Shown here in pieces: positions 29,832 through 38,459 of a stretch of DNA of 64,000 bases (the stretch's first letter is position 1; each line of letters starts with the position of its first letter). The stretch covers positions 24,828 to 88,827 of the forward strand of contig DHEF01000053.1 of assembly GCA_002399735.1 (NCBI GenBank), in the 5' to 3' direction. A program made the translations under genes and the position numbers. This stretch comes from Chitinophagaceae bacterium UBA4857. GTDB taxonomy: Bacteria > Bacteroidota > Bacteroidia > Chitinophagales > Chitinophagaceae. The notes below the pieces were generated by a model. It made no database searches and had not been told where the DNA came from. It saw nothing but the letters and a program-made list of their open reading frames with translations.

Positions 29832-30503
29832 ATGAGAAACGACGCAAACACTGCAATTAAAGTAGCTATTGCCGATGACCACACACTGTTTCGTACCGGT
29901 GTTAAAACATCTTTATCCAGCCGAAAGGATATACAGATGGTGGCAGAAGCGGAGAATGGTATGCAACTGCTTAATTTGTTAAAACATATACAGCCGGACG
30001 TTGTATTGTTAGACATTCAAATGCCCATTATGGATGGGTTAACTACACTTCCTGAAATTAAAAAGTTATATCCTGATGTTAAGGTAATTATGCTATCCAT
30101 GCATAATGACCACTCGGTTATATCTAAGATGATGGAAATAGGCGCCAACTCCTATTTAACCAAAGAATCGGGATCGGAAATGATTTACGAAGCTATTAAA
30201 CAAGTGTACGAGCAGGATTTTTATTTTAACGATCTTACCAACAAAGCACTGTTAAGTGGTTTACGTACCAAACGTGTGGTAGAAGCATCGGCACCTCCGG
30301 AAGTGAGCCTTACCGACAAAGAGGTAACCATTTTGCGTTTAATGTGCGACGAAAAAAGCACAAAAGAAATTGCTGATATTGTTGACCTTAGTCCACGTAC
30401 GGTAGAAGCCATCCGTGATAAACTAAAAACAAAAACAGGTACTAAATCAATGGCAGGTTTAGTAATGTATGCTGTTAAAGCCGGTTTAATAGAGCAGGCT
30501 TAA
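29832..30503 (+). CDS. Orphan NarL/LuxR-family response regulator
   Basis: IADDH, VLLDIQMP, GANSYLTK, LSPRTVEAIR. Confidence 0.92.
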   Translation: MRNDANTAIKVAIADDHTLFRTGVKTSLSSRKDIQMVAEAENGMQLLNLLKHIQPDVVLLDIQMPIMDGLTTLPEIKKLYPDVKVIMLSMHNDHSVISKMMEIGANSYLTKESGSEMIYEAIKQVYEQDFYFNDLTNKALLSGLRTKRVVEASAPPEVSLTDKEVTILRLMCDEKSTKEIADIVDLSPRTVEAIRDKLKTKTGTKSMAGLVMYAVKAGLIEQA

Positions 30504-30528
30504 TTAGTTACTGTTAATAAAATATTGT

Positions 30529-30553
30529 ACAACCACCTTTTAAGGGTGGTTGT
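30529..30553. terminator. Intrinsic terminator between convergent genes
   Basis: acaaccacc-N7-ggtggttgt followed by tttgtttt. Confidence 0.75.
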
Positions 30554-30609
30554 TTTGTTTTGGGGTGTAGTTTTAGTAGTAAAACCTAAATAACACCTTT
30601 AATGAATAA

Positions 30610-31116
30610 TCAGGTAAGGTTGTGAACAAGAAATACAAAGAAATTCCAGATAGCATGAATAATACTAACCATGTAAAATTTATTAATTTTTTTTCCTTGC
30701 CATAAATGATAAGCGGTTATTAAAATACACCCAACCATTACCCCGTAAAAAATATAGTCAATACTTTGGTAATGCATTGCGCCAAAAAGTAAGGCGGAAA
30801 TTGGTAAAATGAAATAGAAAGGAACTCTTTTTTTTGATAAAAAATTATATGGTATATGTTGCAGAAAGTATGTTTCAATAAGCGGCGCAACAATACAAGC
30901 TAGTATAAACTGTTCCCACAGGTTCATATTTGAAATATCATTTTTTAGCGTTGCTTTATAATTAAACAGTATTTCTAATAGGGAAAGAAGTTGGCCAAAA
31001 GCCAAACTGCCTAATAAAGAGATAAAGAAAAATAATGGTATAAATTTGAATGGATTTGTATATAAATCTTTAGGTAACTTCAATTTTAGCATCATAGTTT
31101 GGGTTAGCACATTCAA
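30610..31116 (-). CDS. CPBP/Abi (CAAX protease-like) intramembrane metalloprotease family
   Basis: IVAPLIETYFLQ, SALLFGAMHY, IIHAIWN; multiple TM segments; very AT-rich. Exact start uncertain. Confidence 0.75.
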   Translation of the reverse strand: MNVLTQTMMLKLKLPKDLYTNPFKFIPLFFFISLLGSLAFGQLLSLLEILFNYKATLKNDISNMNLWEQFILACIVAPLIETYFLQHIPYNFLSKKRVPFYFILPISALLFGAMHYQSIDYIFYGVMVGCILITAYHLWQGKKINKFYMVSIIHAIWNFFVFLVHNLT

Positions 31117-31214
31117 ATGTATGAAGAATCATTAAACAGAATTATGGGAAAAAATATGTTTTGATTAGTAGTTATATTAAATTCTCCATTTAAGAATAAG
31201 AATACTTTGATTGT

Positions 31215-32012
31215 ATGAATTATGTAAATATTAATAACTCATTGGTACCGGCTGTAAACCCGCAATTGTTTCATAACAATAAAGCGTACAGGTATGGCGA
31301 TGGTTTGTTTGAAACCATGAAAGCAACCAACGGCGAGATAGCATTATTTAACTATCACATTAATCGCTTGCAGGCGGGTATTAAACAACTAAAATATATA
31401 ATGCCAACCTATTTTAGTGAAACATGGTTGGCTGATACTATAACACAAGTATGTATTGCTAATAACCATACAAATATGGCCAGGGTGCGGTTATCATTGT
31501 ATCGTGGTGATGGTGATTTGCAAACCAATACTGAAGCCGGTATTATTATAGAAACATATGAGTTGCAGGAAACGCAATTACAACATCCGTTAACTATTGG
31601 TGTATATAACGAGGGTTGTAAAAATTGCGACAGCTTTAGTAATTTAAAAACGGCTAATGCTTTGTTGTACAGCATGGCGGCCATTTATGCAGGCGAGCAG
31701 CAATGGCAGGATTGTATAATTTTAAATAATCACCGACGTGTGGCCGAAACTACTATTGCTAATATTTTTTGGATAAAAAAAGGAATAGTGTTTACGCCTC
31801 CGCTGTCAGAAGGCTTTGTAGCAGGCGTTATGCGCCAATATATATTGGATAATACTGCGGTGACTTTGCAAATTTGCACCCTAGATGATTTATTAACTGC
31901 CGATGAAATTTTTTTAACTAATGCTATACGTGGTATAAGGCCTGTTACCGTTTTTGAACATAAAAATTACGTATCTTCACTAGGTTTGCAACTGGCAGCA
32001 ACACTTTTGTAA
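31215..32012 (+). CDS. Aminotransferase class IV (4-amino-4-deoxychorismate lyase PabC-like)
   Basis: YGDGLFETMK, catalytic Lys in NLKTAN, ETTIANIFW, GVMR, IFLTNAIRGI. Confidence 0.85.
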   Translation: MNYVNINNSLVPAVNPQLFHNNKAYRYGDGLFETMKATNGEIALFNYHINRLQAGIKQLKYIMPTYFSETWLADTITQVCIANNHTNMARVRLSLYRGDGDLQTNTEAGIIIETYELQETQLQHPLTIGVYNEGCKNCDSFSNLKTANALLYSMAAIYAGEQQWQDCIILNNHRRVAETTIANIFWIKKGIVFTPPLSEGFVAGVMRQYILDNTAVTLQICTLDDLLTADEIFLTNAIRGIRPVTVFEHKNYVSSLGLQLAATLL

Positions 32013-32101
32013 ATTTTTAGCCTTCTCCGTTTAATATGTGTTGTACGCATAATTTTTAGCTGCCGTTTTTGTAAGTAAACTTATAACCGAAAATTTGTCA
32101 C

Positions 32102-32440
32102 ATGCATAGTAAAAATATTTTTGTTGTAGATAGTGATATGGACTGGGAAGAACTTGATGCTGGCATTAAAAGAAAAGTAATGGTGTGGAACAATGACCTG
32201 ATGCTAGTTAAAGTAGCTTTTGAAACGGATAGCATTGGTGTATTGCATCAACACCCGCATACACAAATTACACATATTGAAAGTGGTGTTTTTGAAGTAG
32301 AAATAAGCGGAATAAAAAAACTACTTAAATCCGGCGATGCTTTTTGCGTGCCACCAAATGAAATACATGGTGTGGTTTGTTTACAGGAGGGTGTGCTGAT
32401 TGATACCTTCAATCCCATGCGGGAAGATTTTATTAAATAA
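32102..32440 (+). CDS. Cupin domain protein (KdgF-like)
   Basis: HQHPHTQITHIESG and PPNEIHG cupin motifs; ends DTFNPMREDF. Confidence 0.85.
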   Translation: MHSKNIFVVDSDMDWEELDAGIKRKVMVWNNDLMLVKVAFETDSIGVLHQHPHTQITHIESGVFEVEISGIKKLLKSGDAFCVPPNEIHGVVCLQEGVLIDTFNPMREDFIK

Positions 32441-32445
32441 ACGAA

Positions 32446-33288
32446 TCAGGCTTCAATAATTAAACCGGCAGTATTGTTTTTTTGTATGCCGTTGTTGTTG
32501 GTAAATACATCATACAAAGTATCAATCGCTTTTATTCCTTCGCTGCCTAAATCAAGACTGTACTGGTTTACATATAAATCAATATGTTTACGCATAACGG
32601 CTTCTTCCATGGCTTGTGCATGTTGTTTTACATAATCACTCACCTGCGGATAATTTGTAAAAGCATATTCCAAACTTTGTTTAATTAATGCATTTACAGT
32701 ACTAATAACAGTTGTATCGAGGTTTCTTTTTATAGCAATACCACCTAATGGTATGGGTACATGCATTTTGCTTTCCCAATGTTCGCCAAGGTCCGTTACT
32801 TTATACAAACCTTTTTGCTCATAAGTAAAACGGTTTTCGTGTATAATAACACCCAGCGAATCATTGTTATTAAGTACACTGTCTTCTATTGCCGAAAATA
32901 AAGTATAGGTTTTATTAACGGCATTAGGGTAAGCAAAACTGAATAGCAAATTAGCCGTGGTATTTTCACCGGGCAGGTTAACCTGCATTTTTTCAACATC
33001 TTCCTTTTGTAATATTGCATCATTAGCTTGTACCAGTAATGGTCCCACACCTTTGCCCAATGCACTGCCCGATCTAAGCAAAATGTATGCTGCGGTTGAT
33101 TTAAAAAAAGCAGGAAAACTTAGTTTAGTAATATCCAGTTTTCCTTTTAACGCATATTCATTCAGGGTTTCCACATCTTCCAGCACGGTTTCAAATTCAA
33201 AACCTTTGGTATCAATTTTATTATTTACCAGCGCATCAAAAATAAAAGTATCGTTAGGGCAGGGACTAAAACCTAATGTCAGTTTCAT
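32446..33288 (-). CDS. mqnD: 1,4-dihydroxy-6-naphthoate synthase (futalosine pathway)
   Basis: LGFSPCPNDTFIFDAL, DVETLNE, GSALG...GPLL, IIHENRFTY, PIPLGGI, HIDLYVN. Confidence 0.93.
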   Translation of the reverse strand: MKLTLGFSPCPNDTFIFDALVNNKIDTKGFEFETVLEDVETLNEYALKGKLDITKLSFPAFFKSTAAYILLRSGSALGKGVGPLLVQANDAILQKEDVEKMQVNLPGENTTANLLFSFAYPNAVNKTYTLFSAIEDSVLNNNDSLGVIIHENRFTYEQKGLYKVTDLGEHWESKMHVPIPLGGIAIKRNLDTTVISTVNALIKQSLEYAFTNYPQVSDYVKQHAQAMEEAVMRKHIDLYVNQYSLDLGSEGIKAIDTLYDVFTNNNGIQKNNTAGLIIEA

Positions 33289-33946
33289 GTTTTGTACTTA
33301 AAGTTTGTAACAGCTCAATTAATTCGTTATTCAAATTGGTAATGGCAGCTGCAATTTTCCATTTCTTTTTATTGCGTACACCCACCAGGTTTGATACGGA
33401 GCGTATTTGTAAAAAAGCCACATTTTCCATCAAACAAACATAATGTAAAGCAGCACCTTCCATACTTTCTATTGCAGGGGTCATTTTTTCTTTATACCAT
33501 TCAATTTGTTTGGGCCTTGTGCTTATTTCATTAACAGTAACAGCAGTAACCGCCTTTAGTTTGGTTAACCCCAATAAATTTTTATAGGGGTTGGTAAGTC
33601 TGCTTTTTTTATAAGGTTTTTCATTTTGCTTAAGCAGGTTTAACGCAAATAAGTCTTTAAATTCACCATCTTCCCAAACCCCTGCATCTACAAAATTGTC
33701 GTGTCTAACAGCAAATACTTTTTCTATATCGGTTTCGGTAAAACTGCCCGCAATACCCGCTTGCAACACTAACGAAAACCTGCTTTTTTGCAAGGCTTTG
33801 GTAAGTGCATAGGTAGCAGCGTTGCTACCCACACCGGTAATCAATACGCTAATTTTTAATTGCTTAAACTTTCTTTTATGTTCTTTCCACCATTGCAATG
33901 CCGCATCTATTTCAAGAGTTGTGGCGGCTGTTAACAAAATATCCAT
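33266..33946 (-). CDS. mqnB: Futalosine hydrolase
   Basis: PNP/MTAN fold: LITGVG, AGIAGSF, ESMEGAA, IRSVSNLVG; overlaps mqnD. Confidence 0.85.
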   Translation of the reverse strand: MDILLTAATTLEIDAALQWWKEHKRKFKQLKISVLITGVGSNAATYALTKALQKSRFSLVLQAGIAGSFTETDIEKVFAVRHDNFVDAGVWEDGEFKDLFALNLLKQNEKPYKKSRLTNPYKNLLGLTKLKAVTAVTVNEISTRPKQIEWYKEKMTPAIESMEGAALHYVCLMENVAFLQIRSVSNLVGVRNKKKWKIAAAITNLNNELIELLQTLSTKHETDIRF

Positions 33947-34004
33947 GCTGCAAATATCGTGTATTGATAAGATTGAAGCCGTTGTAAATGCGAATGTTAT
34001 TTAT

Positions 34005-34117
34005 GTTATCAGCTGCAGTACTACGATCATCCCTTGCGTCGCACTCTTCAACTGCAACAACGCGGAGCATCAATGAGGCTAATCCAATAACTAATATCGA
34101 ATTAATTCTATTGAGCA
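34005..34117 (+). repeat. Long dispersed repeat copy (about 113 nt)
   Basis: Aligns end to end with the reverse complement of 44970-45085; shared ctgcaacaacgc..agc.tcaatgaggctaat.caataactaat.tcgaattaattctattgagca. Confidence 0.9.
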
Positions 34118-34343
34118 ATTATACATAGTGGTTTAGATTGTAGTAAGAGATAAGCAAACCGGTATTTTCGAATAAATGTTTATTAGTTAATTGATAGTTA
34201 GATAGTTGTGATTTTTTATTGGTTTCATCAATGAATAAACCCATCTGTAAAGAGCTGCTAATCCACCTTTAAAACTGTATTATTCTTAACGGGTTATATA
34301 TTAACTTTGCAGCCCGCTTTGACGGAATTTAATTTTTCAAAAA

Positions 34344-34754
34344 ATGGTGTATTTAACAAGGGTTGAGCATTTTAATGCGGCCCATAAGCTATACAACCCT
34401 AATTGGGACGAAGCTAAAAATGAAGCTGTGTTTGGCAAATGTGCCAACGAAAACTGGCATGGCCATAACTACGAACTGTATGTTACCGTAAAAGGACAAC
34501 CCGATGCGGATACCGGTTTTGTATTTGACGTAAAACGTTTAAGTACCATTATTCAGGAACATGTAATAGAAAAAGTGGACCACCGCAACCTGAATATGGA
34601 TGTTGATTTTATGAAGGACAAGTTTTGCAGTACTGAAAATCTGGCCATTGGTATTTGGAATGAGTTAACGCCACATTTACCGGAAACTGTAAAATTACAT
34701 GCCATAAAATTGTACGAAACACCCAAGATATATGTTGAGTATTTTGGCGAATAA
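34344..34754 (+). CDS. 6-pyruvoyl-tetrahydropterin/6-carboxytetrahydropterin synthase family, paralogue 1
   Basis: FNAAH, GKCANENWHGHNY, DHRNLN, STENLA, LYET. A TAACTTTG -7 motif lies at 34302-34309. Confidence 0.9.
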   Translation: MVYLTRVEHFNAAHKLYNPNWDEAKNEAVFGKCANENWHGHNYELYVTVKGQPDADTGFVFDVKRLSTIIQEHVIEKVDHRNLNMDVDFMKDKFCSTENLAIGIWNELTPHLPETVKLHAIKLYETPKIYVEYFGE

Positions 34755-34802
34755 TTATTCACCGGCTTTAAGCTTTAGGCTTTAAGCGTTTTGCTTAAAA
34801 AA

Positions 34803-35216
34803 ATGAATAAAGTAGCCGTATTTAGAAAGGAACAGTTTAATGCTGCACACCGGTTGTATAACCCGGCTTGGGATGATGCAACCAATGAAAAAGTGTTTGG
34901 TAAATGTGCTTTACCGCATTATCATGGGCATAATTATGAATTGGTGGTTAAAGTGGTAGGAGTGCCCGATGCTACAACCGGTTATGTAATTGATTTAAAA
35001 ATTTTAAGCGATATCATTCAGCGGGAAATACACGAAAGATTTGATCACCGTAATTTAAATTTAGATACGGTTGAATTTAAAAACCTGAACCCTACTGCCG
35101 AAAATATTGCCGTAGTTATTTACAATTTATTACGACCGCATATTGACAGTGATAAGGATTTACAAATTCGCTTATACGAAACACCAAGAAATTTTGTGGA
35201 GTATCCGGTGACGTAG
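34803..35216 (+). CDS. 6-pyruvoyl-tetrahydropterin/6-carboxytetrahydropterin synthase family, paralogue 2
   Basis: FNAAH, GKCALPHYHGHNY, DHRNLN, PTAENIA, LYET. ATG at 34803 preferred. Confidence 0.9.
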   Translation: MNKVAVFRKEQFNAAHRLYNPAWDDATNEKVFGKCALPHYHGHNYELVVKVVGVPDATTGYVIDLKILSDIIQREIHERFDHRNLNLDTVEFKNLNPTAENIAVVIYNLLRPHIDSDKDLQIRLYETPRNFVEYPVT

Positions 35217-35220
35217 TTCA

Positions 35221-35490
35221 TAGTTAATGGTTCATTGTTAATAGTTAGTAATAAGCATTAAGCTTTTAGCTGTTGATTAGTGAACAGAAAGCACAAGAGT
35301 GCGACGCAACAGACGATGATAGTAGTAATGCAGTTGGCAAAATAAAAAAGTATATAGTATTAAGTATTTAGTTTTGAGAAAGAAATTTTGTTGTATCACG
35401 ATAACATTGAACCTCTGGAACTTCTTGAACATTGAACCTTTGAAACTTTTTACCACGATAACGTTGAACTTTGGAACGTTGAACTTTAAA
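35221..35490. repeat. Composite repeat between PTPS2 and folE: 7-mer tract, - strand repeat copy (35290-35343), ttgaac tract
   Basis: Matches 6679-6705 (reverse complement), 12322-12374 (reverse complement), and the ttgaac tracts at 24641-24676, 45135-45188 and 46623-46654. Confidence 0.85.
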
Positions 35491-35501
35491 CATAAATAGC
35501 A

Positions 35502-36098
35502 ATGGCATATAAAAAGATTGAGCAGTACGACGAGGAAACCACACAGGGTTTAATGAAAAATTATAAAAATGTGTTGGGTTATTTGGGCGAAGATGCAGAG
35601 CGTGAGGGTTTGATAAAAACCCCTGAGCGTTTGGCAAAAGCCATGCAATATTTAACGCAAGGGTATCAGCAGGATGCGCATGCTATTATTAACTCGGCCA
35701 AGTTTCATGAAGATGTAAGTGAGATGGTGATTGTAAAAGACATTGAAATTTTTAGCATGTGCGAACATCATATGTTACCTTTTTTTGGTAAAGCGCATGT
35801 GGCTTATATACCTAATGGTTGGATAACTGGCCTTAGTAAAATTGCAAGGGTAGTGGATGTGTATGCCCGTCGTTTACAAGTACAGGAAAGGCTTACGGTT
35901 GATATTATGAATGCCATTAAAGAAACATTAAACCCGATTGGTGTGGCCGTTGTAATTGAAGCCAAACACCTTTGTATGATGATGCGTGGTGTAGGGAAAC
36001 AAAACTCTGTTACGACCACTTCGGCTTTTGACGGTGAGTTTCATAAGGATTCAACCCGCAGTGAGTTTGTAAAATTAATAGGAGCAGATTTACACTAA
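35502..36098 (+). CDS. folE: GTP cyclohydrolase I
   Basis: [43 protein letters not shown]. Confidence 0.97.
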   Translation: MAYKKIEQYDEETTQGLMKNYKNVLGYLGEDAEREGLIKTPERLAKAMQYLTQGYQQDAHAIINSAKFHEDVSEMVIVKDIEIFSMCEHHMLPFFGKAHVAYIPNGWITGLSKIARVVDVYARRLQVQERLTVDIMNAIKETLNPIGVAVVIEAKHLCMMMRGVGKQNSVTTTSAFDGEFHKDSTRSEFVKLIGADLH

Positions 36099-36122
36099 AA
36101 AACGTAGGTTTGCCACAATATT

Positions 36123-36161
36123 AAAGTTTGGTTGGAGGATTAATCCGGTCAGACTTTTTTT
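36123..36161 (+). terminator. Possible terminator between folE and fabD
   Basis: aaagtttggttgga-N7-tccggtcagacttt, 14 bp including 4 G-U pairs, followed by a T run. Confidence 0.5.
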
Positions 36162-36191
36162 GTCACCATAAGTATAAAAAAATAGCAACGC

Positions 36192-37082
36192 ATGAAACAT
36201 GCATATGTATTTCCGGGCCAGGGTTCACAGTTTTCGGGTATGGGTAAAGGGCATTATGATAACAGTGCTTTTGCCAAAAAACTGTTTGAACAGGCGAATG
36301 AAATTTTAGGTTTTCGTATTTCCGATATTATGTTTACCGGAACGGATGAAGATTTAAAACGTACCGATGTAACACAGCCTGCTGTGTTTTTACATTCGGT
36401 AATTGCATTTAAAAGTATTGATAACGCCAAACCTGAAATGGTGGCCGGGCATTCACTGGGCGAGTTTTCGGCATTGGTAGCTAACGGAACTTTAAGTTTT
36501 GAAAGTGCTTTACAGTTAGTGTCTATACGTGCCAATGCTATGCAAAAAGCTTGCGAGTTGGTACCATCTACCATGGCTGCTGTATTAGCTTTAGCCGATG
36601 AAAAAGTAGAAGAAATTTGTAAAGAAGTATCGGCAGAAACTGGTGAAGTAGTTGTACCTGCCAATTATAACTGCCCGGGTCAATTAGTTATTAGCGGCTC
36701 GTTAAAAGGTATTGAAATTGCTTGCGAACGCATGAAAGCTGCCGGTGCAAAACGTGCCTTGGTATTGCCGGTTGGTGGTGCTTTTCATTCACCATTAATG
36801 GCACCTGCTAAAGAAGAATTGAAAGCTGCTATTGAAGCTACAACGTTTCATGCACCATCATGTGCTGTGTACCAAAATGTAGCAGCCAAAGCGGTGTTGG
36901 ATAAAGAAGAAATAAAACAAAACCTGATTGATCAATTAACCGGCCCTGTGCGTTGGACACAAAGTGTACAGGCCATGGTTGCCGATGGTGCCAGGTTATT
37001 TACCGAAGCTGGTCCGGGTAAAGTGTTACAAGGCCTGGTACAAAAAATTGATAAGACAATGGAAGTAAATGGTGTAAACTAA
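36192..37082 (+). CDS. fabD: Malonyl-CoA:ACP transacylase
   Basis: FPGQGSQ, GHSLGE, ANYNCPGQ, GGAFHS, PVRW. Confidence 0.97.
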   Translation: MKHAYVFPGQGSQFSGMGKGHYDNSAFAKKLFEQANEILGFRISDIMFTGTDEDLKRTDVTQPAVFLHSVIAFKSIDNAKPEMVAGHSLGEFSALVANGTLSFESALQLVSIRANAMQKACELVPSTMAAVLALADEKVEEICKEVSAETGEVVVPANYNCPGQLVISGSLKGIEIACERMKAAGAKRALVLPVGGAFHSPLMAPAKEELKAAIEATTFHAPSCAVYQNVAAKAVLDKEEIKQNLIDQLTGPVRWTQSVQAMVADGARLFTEAGPGKVLQGLVQKIDKTMEVNGVN

Positions 37083-37096
37083 ACTACTTTTATAAA

Positions 37097-37130
37097 AATA
37101 AAGCCGCTGTAGAAACAGCGGTTTTTTATT
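37097..37130. terminator. Bidirectional terminator between convergent fabD and serine hydrolase
   Basis: aataaagccgctgt-agaa-acagcggttttttatt. Confidence 0.82.
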
Positions 37131-37146
37131 TGTATAAGAAAAATTA

Positions 37147-38313
37147 TTAAAACTGATCTATATCCTGCCAGACAATACTATTGTCGGTTACAATGCTGAT
37201 AAGCATACTCGCAAAAGCGTTCTGACTGGTATTGGCATTAGTAAAACGGGTATTTATGGTAAAGGCTACACTCCATCCCGTTGATGTTCTGAATACAAGT
37301 GCCTGTGTGCCGGGTAAACTTCCAAAGTGATACCAGTTGCTGGGAGTCCAGCTTTCGGCGCCTACATATATACCACTTGCATAGGCATTGTTAATTGTAT
37401 TGGGTGTACGCATAAGTTTTAATGTGGCACCGGTTAAAATATCAGGACGGGTGTTGCTGCTGTCAATAGCAGTAAGTAAACGTACCAAATCTGTCGGTGT
37501 GGTAATCCAGCCGGCTGCGGCATCGTTACGTTTCCAGGGGTCTGTGTATACATAAGTCACTTCACTGCCTTGTCCGTAATATTTTACTTCATTAGTTTTT
37601 CTTTCTGCTAAAGTATTGCCTGCTATCTCAGTATTGGTAGCTTTTATGGGTGCAAGTATGTCTTGTTTTACATATTGCTCATAATTTTTCCCCGATACTT
37701 TTTCAATGATACGGCCTAGTATTAAGTAACCCAGATTAGAGTACTGAAAAGTTGTGCCGGGGTCGTTGGTTAAAGTCCTGTTGTTTAATGTCCATGTAAT
37801 TAATTCTTTTGCAGTAGCATCGGGTTGCTGAAAAGCAGGATCCTGCGGCCATGCGTTATTCCAACCGCCGGTTGTGTGGTGTAATAGATCTTTTACTGTA
37901 ATATTGGCTACACGTGTGGTATAAGGTGAGGTACCATATTCGGTACCTAATATGGCACCTGTACCAAATACTTTCTGGTCCATGGTTAATTTGCCGTCCT
38001 GAATAAGTTTCATAATAGCAACCGCCGTAATGGTTTTAGAAACGCTGGCTACTCTAAAACGATCATTTATCGTAACTTTTTGGTTCGTTTCTTTGTCTGC
38101 AAATCCGTAACCTTTGCGGTAAACTAATTTACCATTTTTACTAATGGCCAGTGAAGCACCGGGCACATTATAACTAGTCATAAAACTGGCAACTTTATTA
38201 TCAATCGTTGCAATATCGTCTTGTGTAATAACCGGAGCCGGTTTATCACTTTTGGAACAAGCAGTAAAGAATAATATGCACAATAGTCCTAGAAAATGAT
38301 TCTTTTTTAACAT
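37147..38313 (-). CDS. Lipoprotein serine hydrolase (class C beta-lactamase/PBP-like)
   Basis: Lipobox FTAC, SxxK (ASVSK), YSN, LLHHTTGG, HFGSLPG. Confidence 0.88.
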   Translation of the reverse strand: MLKKNHFLGLLCILFFTACSKSDKPAPVITQDDIATIDNKVASFMTSYNVPGASLAISKNGKLVYRKGYGFADKETNQKVTINDRFRVASVSKTITAVAIMKLIQDGKLTMDQKVFGTGAILGTEYGTSPYTTRVANITVKDLLHHTTGGWNNAWPQDPAFQQPDATAKELITWTLNNRTLTNDPGTTFQYSNLGYLILGRIIEKVSGKNYEQYVKQDILAPIKATNTEIAGNTLAERKTNEVKYYGQGSEVTYVYTDPWKRNDAAAGWITTPTDLVRLLTAIDSSNTRPDILTGATLKLMRTPNTINNAYASGIYVGAESWTPSNWYHFGSLPGTQALVFRTSTGWSVAFTINTRFTNANTSQNAFASMLISIVTDNSIVWQDIDQF

Positions 38314-38381
38314 AACGAGGTTTTAAGGCTGAATGAGTGATTTATGAATGTAAAGCTGCTATAATACTCAGTTCCGATAAA

Positions 38382-38397
38382 TACTTAATTTGTAGTA
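38382..38397. promoter_or_regulatory. NarL-type 7-2-7 operator between divergent hydrolase and kinase
   Basis: TACTTAA-TT-TGTAGTA; its reverse complement is 14/16 identical to 40408-40423. Confidence 0.65.
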
Positions 38398-38459
38398 GTG
38401 ACAGGGTTATTATGGTTGAAGCTTTTATATTTGGTAAAATTAAACCAACCGCTATCTGT

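Noticed and set aside
33912-34118. ORFs MLNRINSILVIG... (33912-34118) and MLNRINSTLVIV... (44969-45202) that look like a small paralogous protein family
   Set aside because: The similarity comes entirely from the shared repeat element. The frame is not kept in other copies, and the first ORF overlaps the mqnB start.
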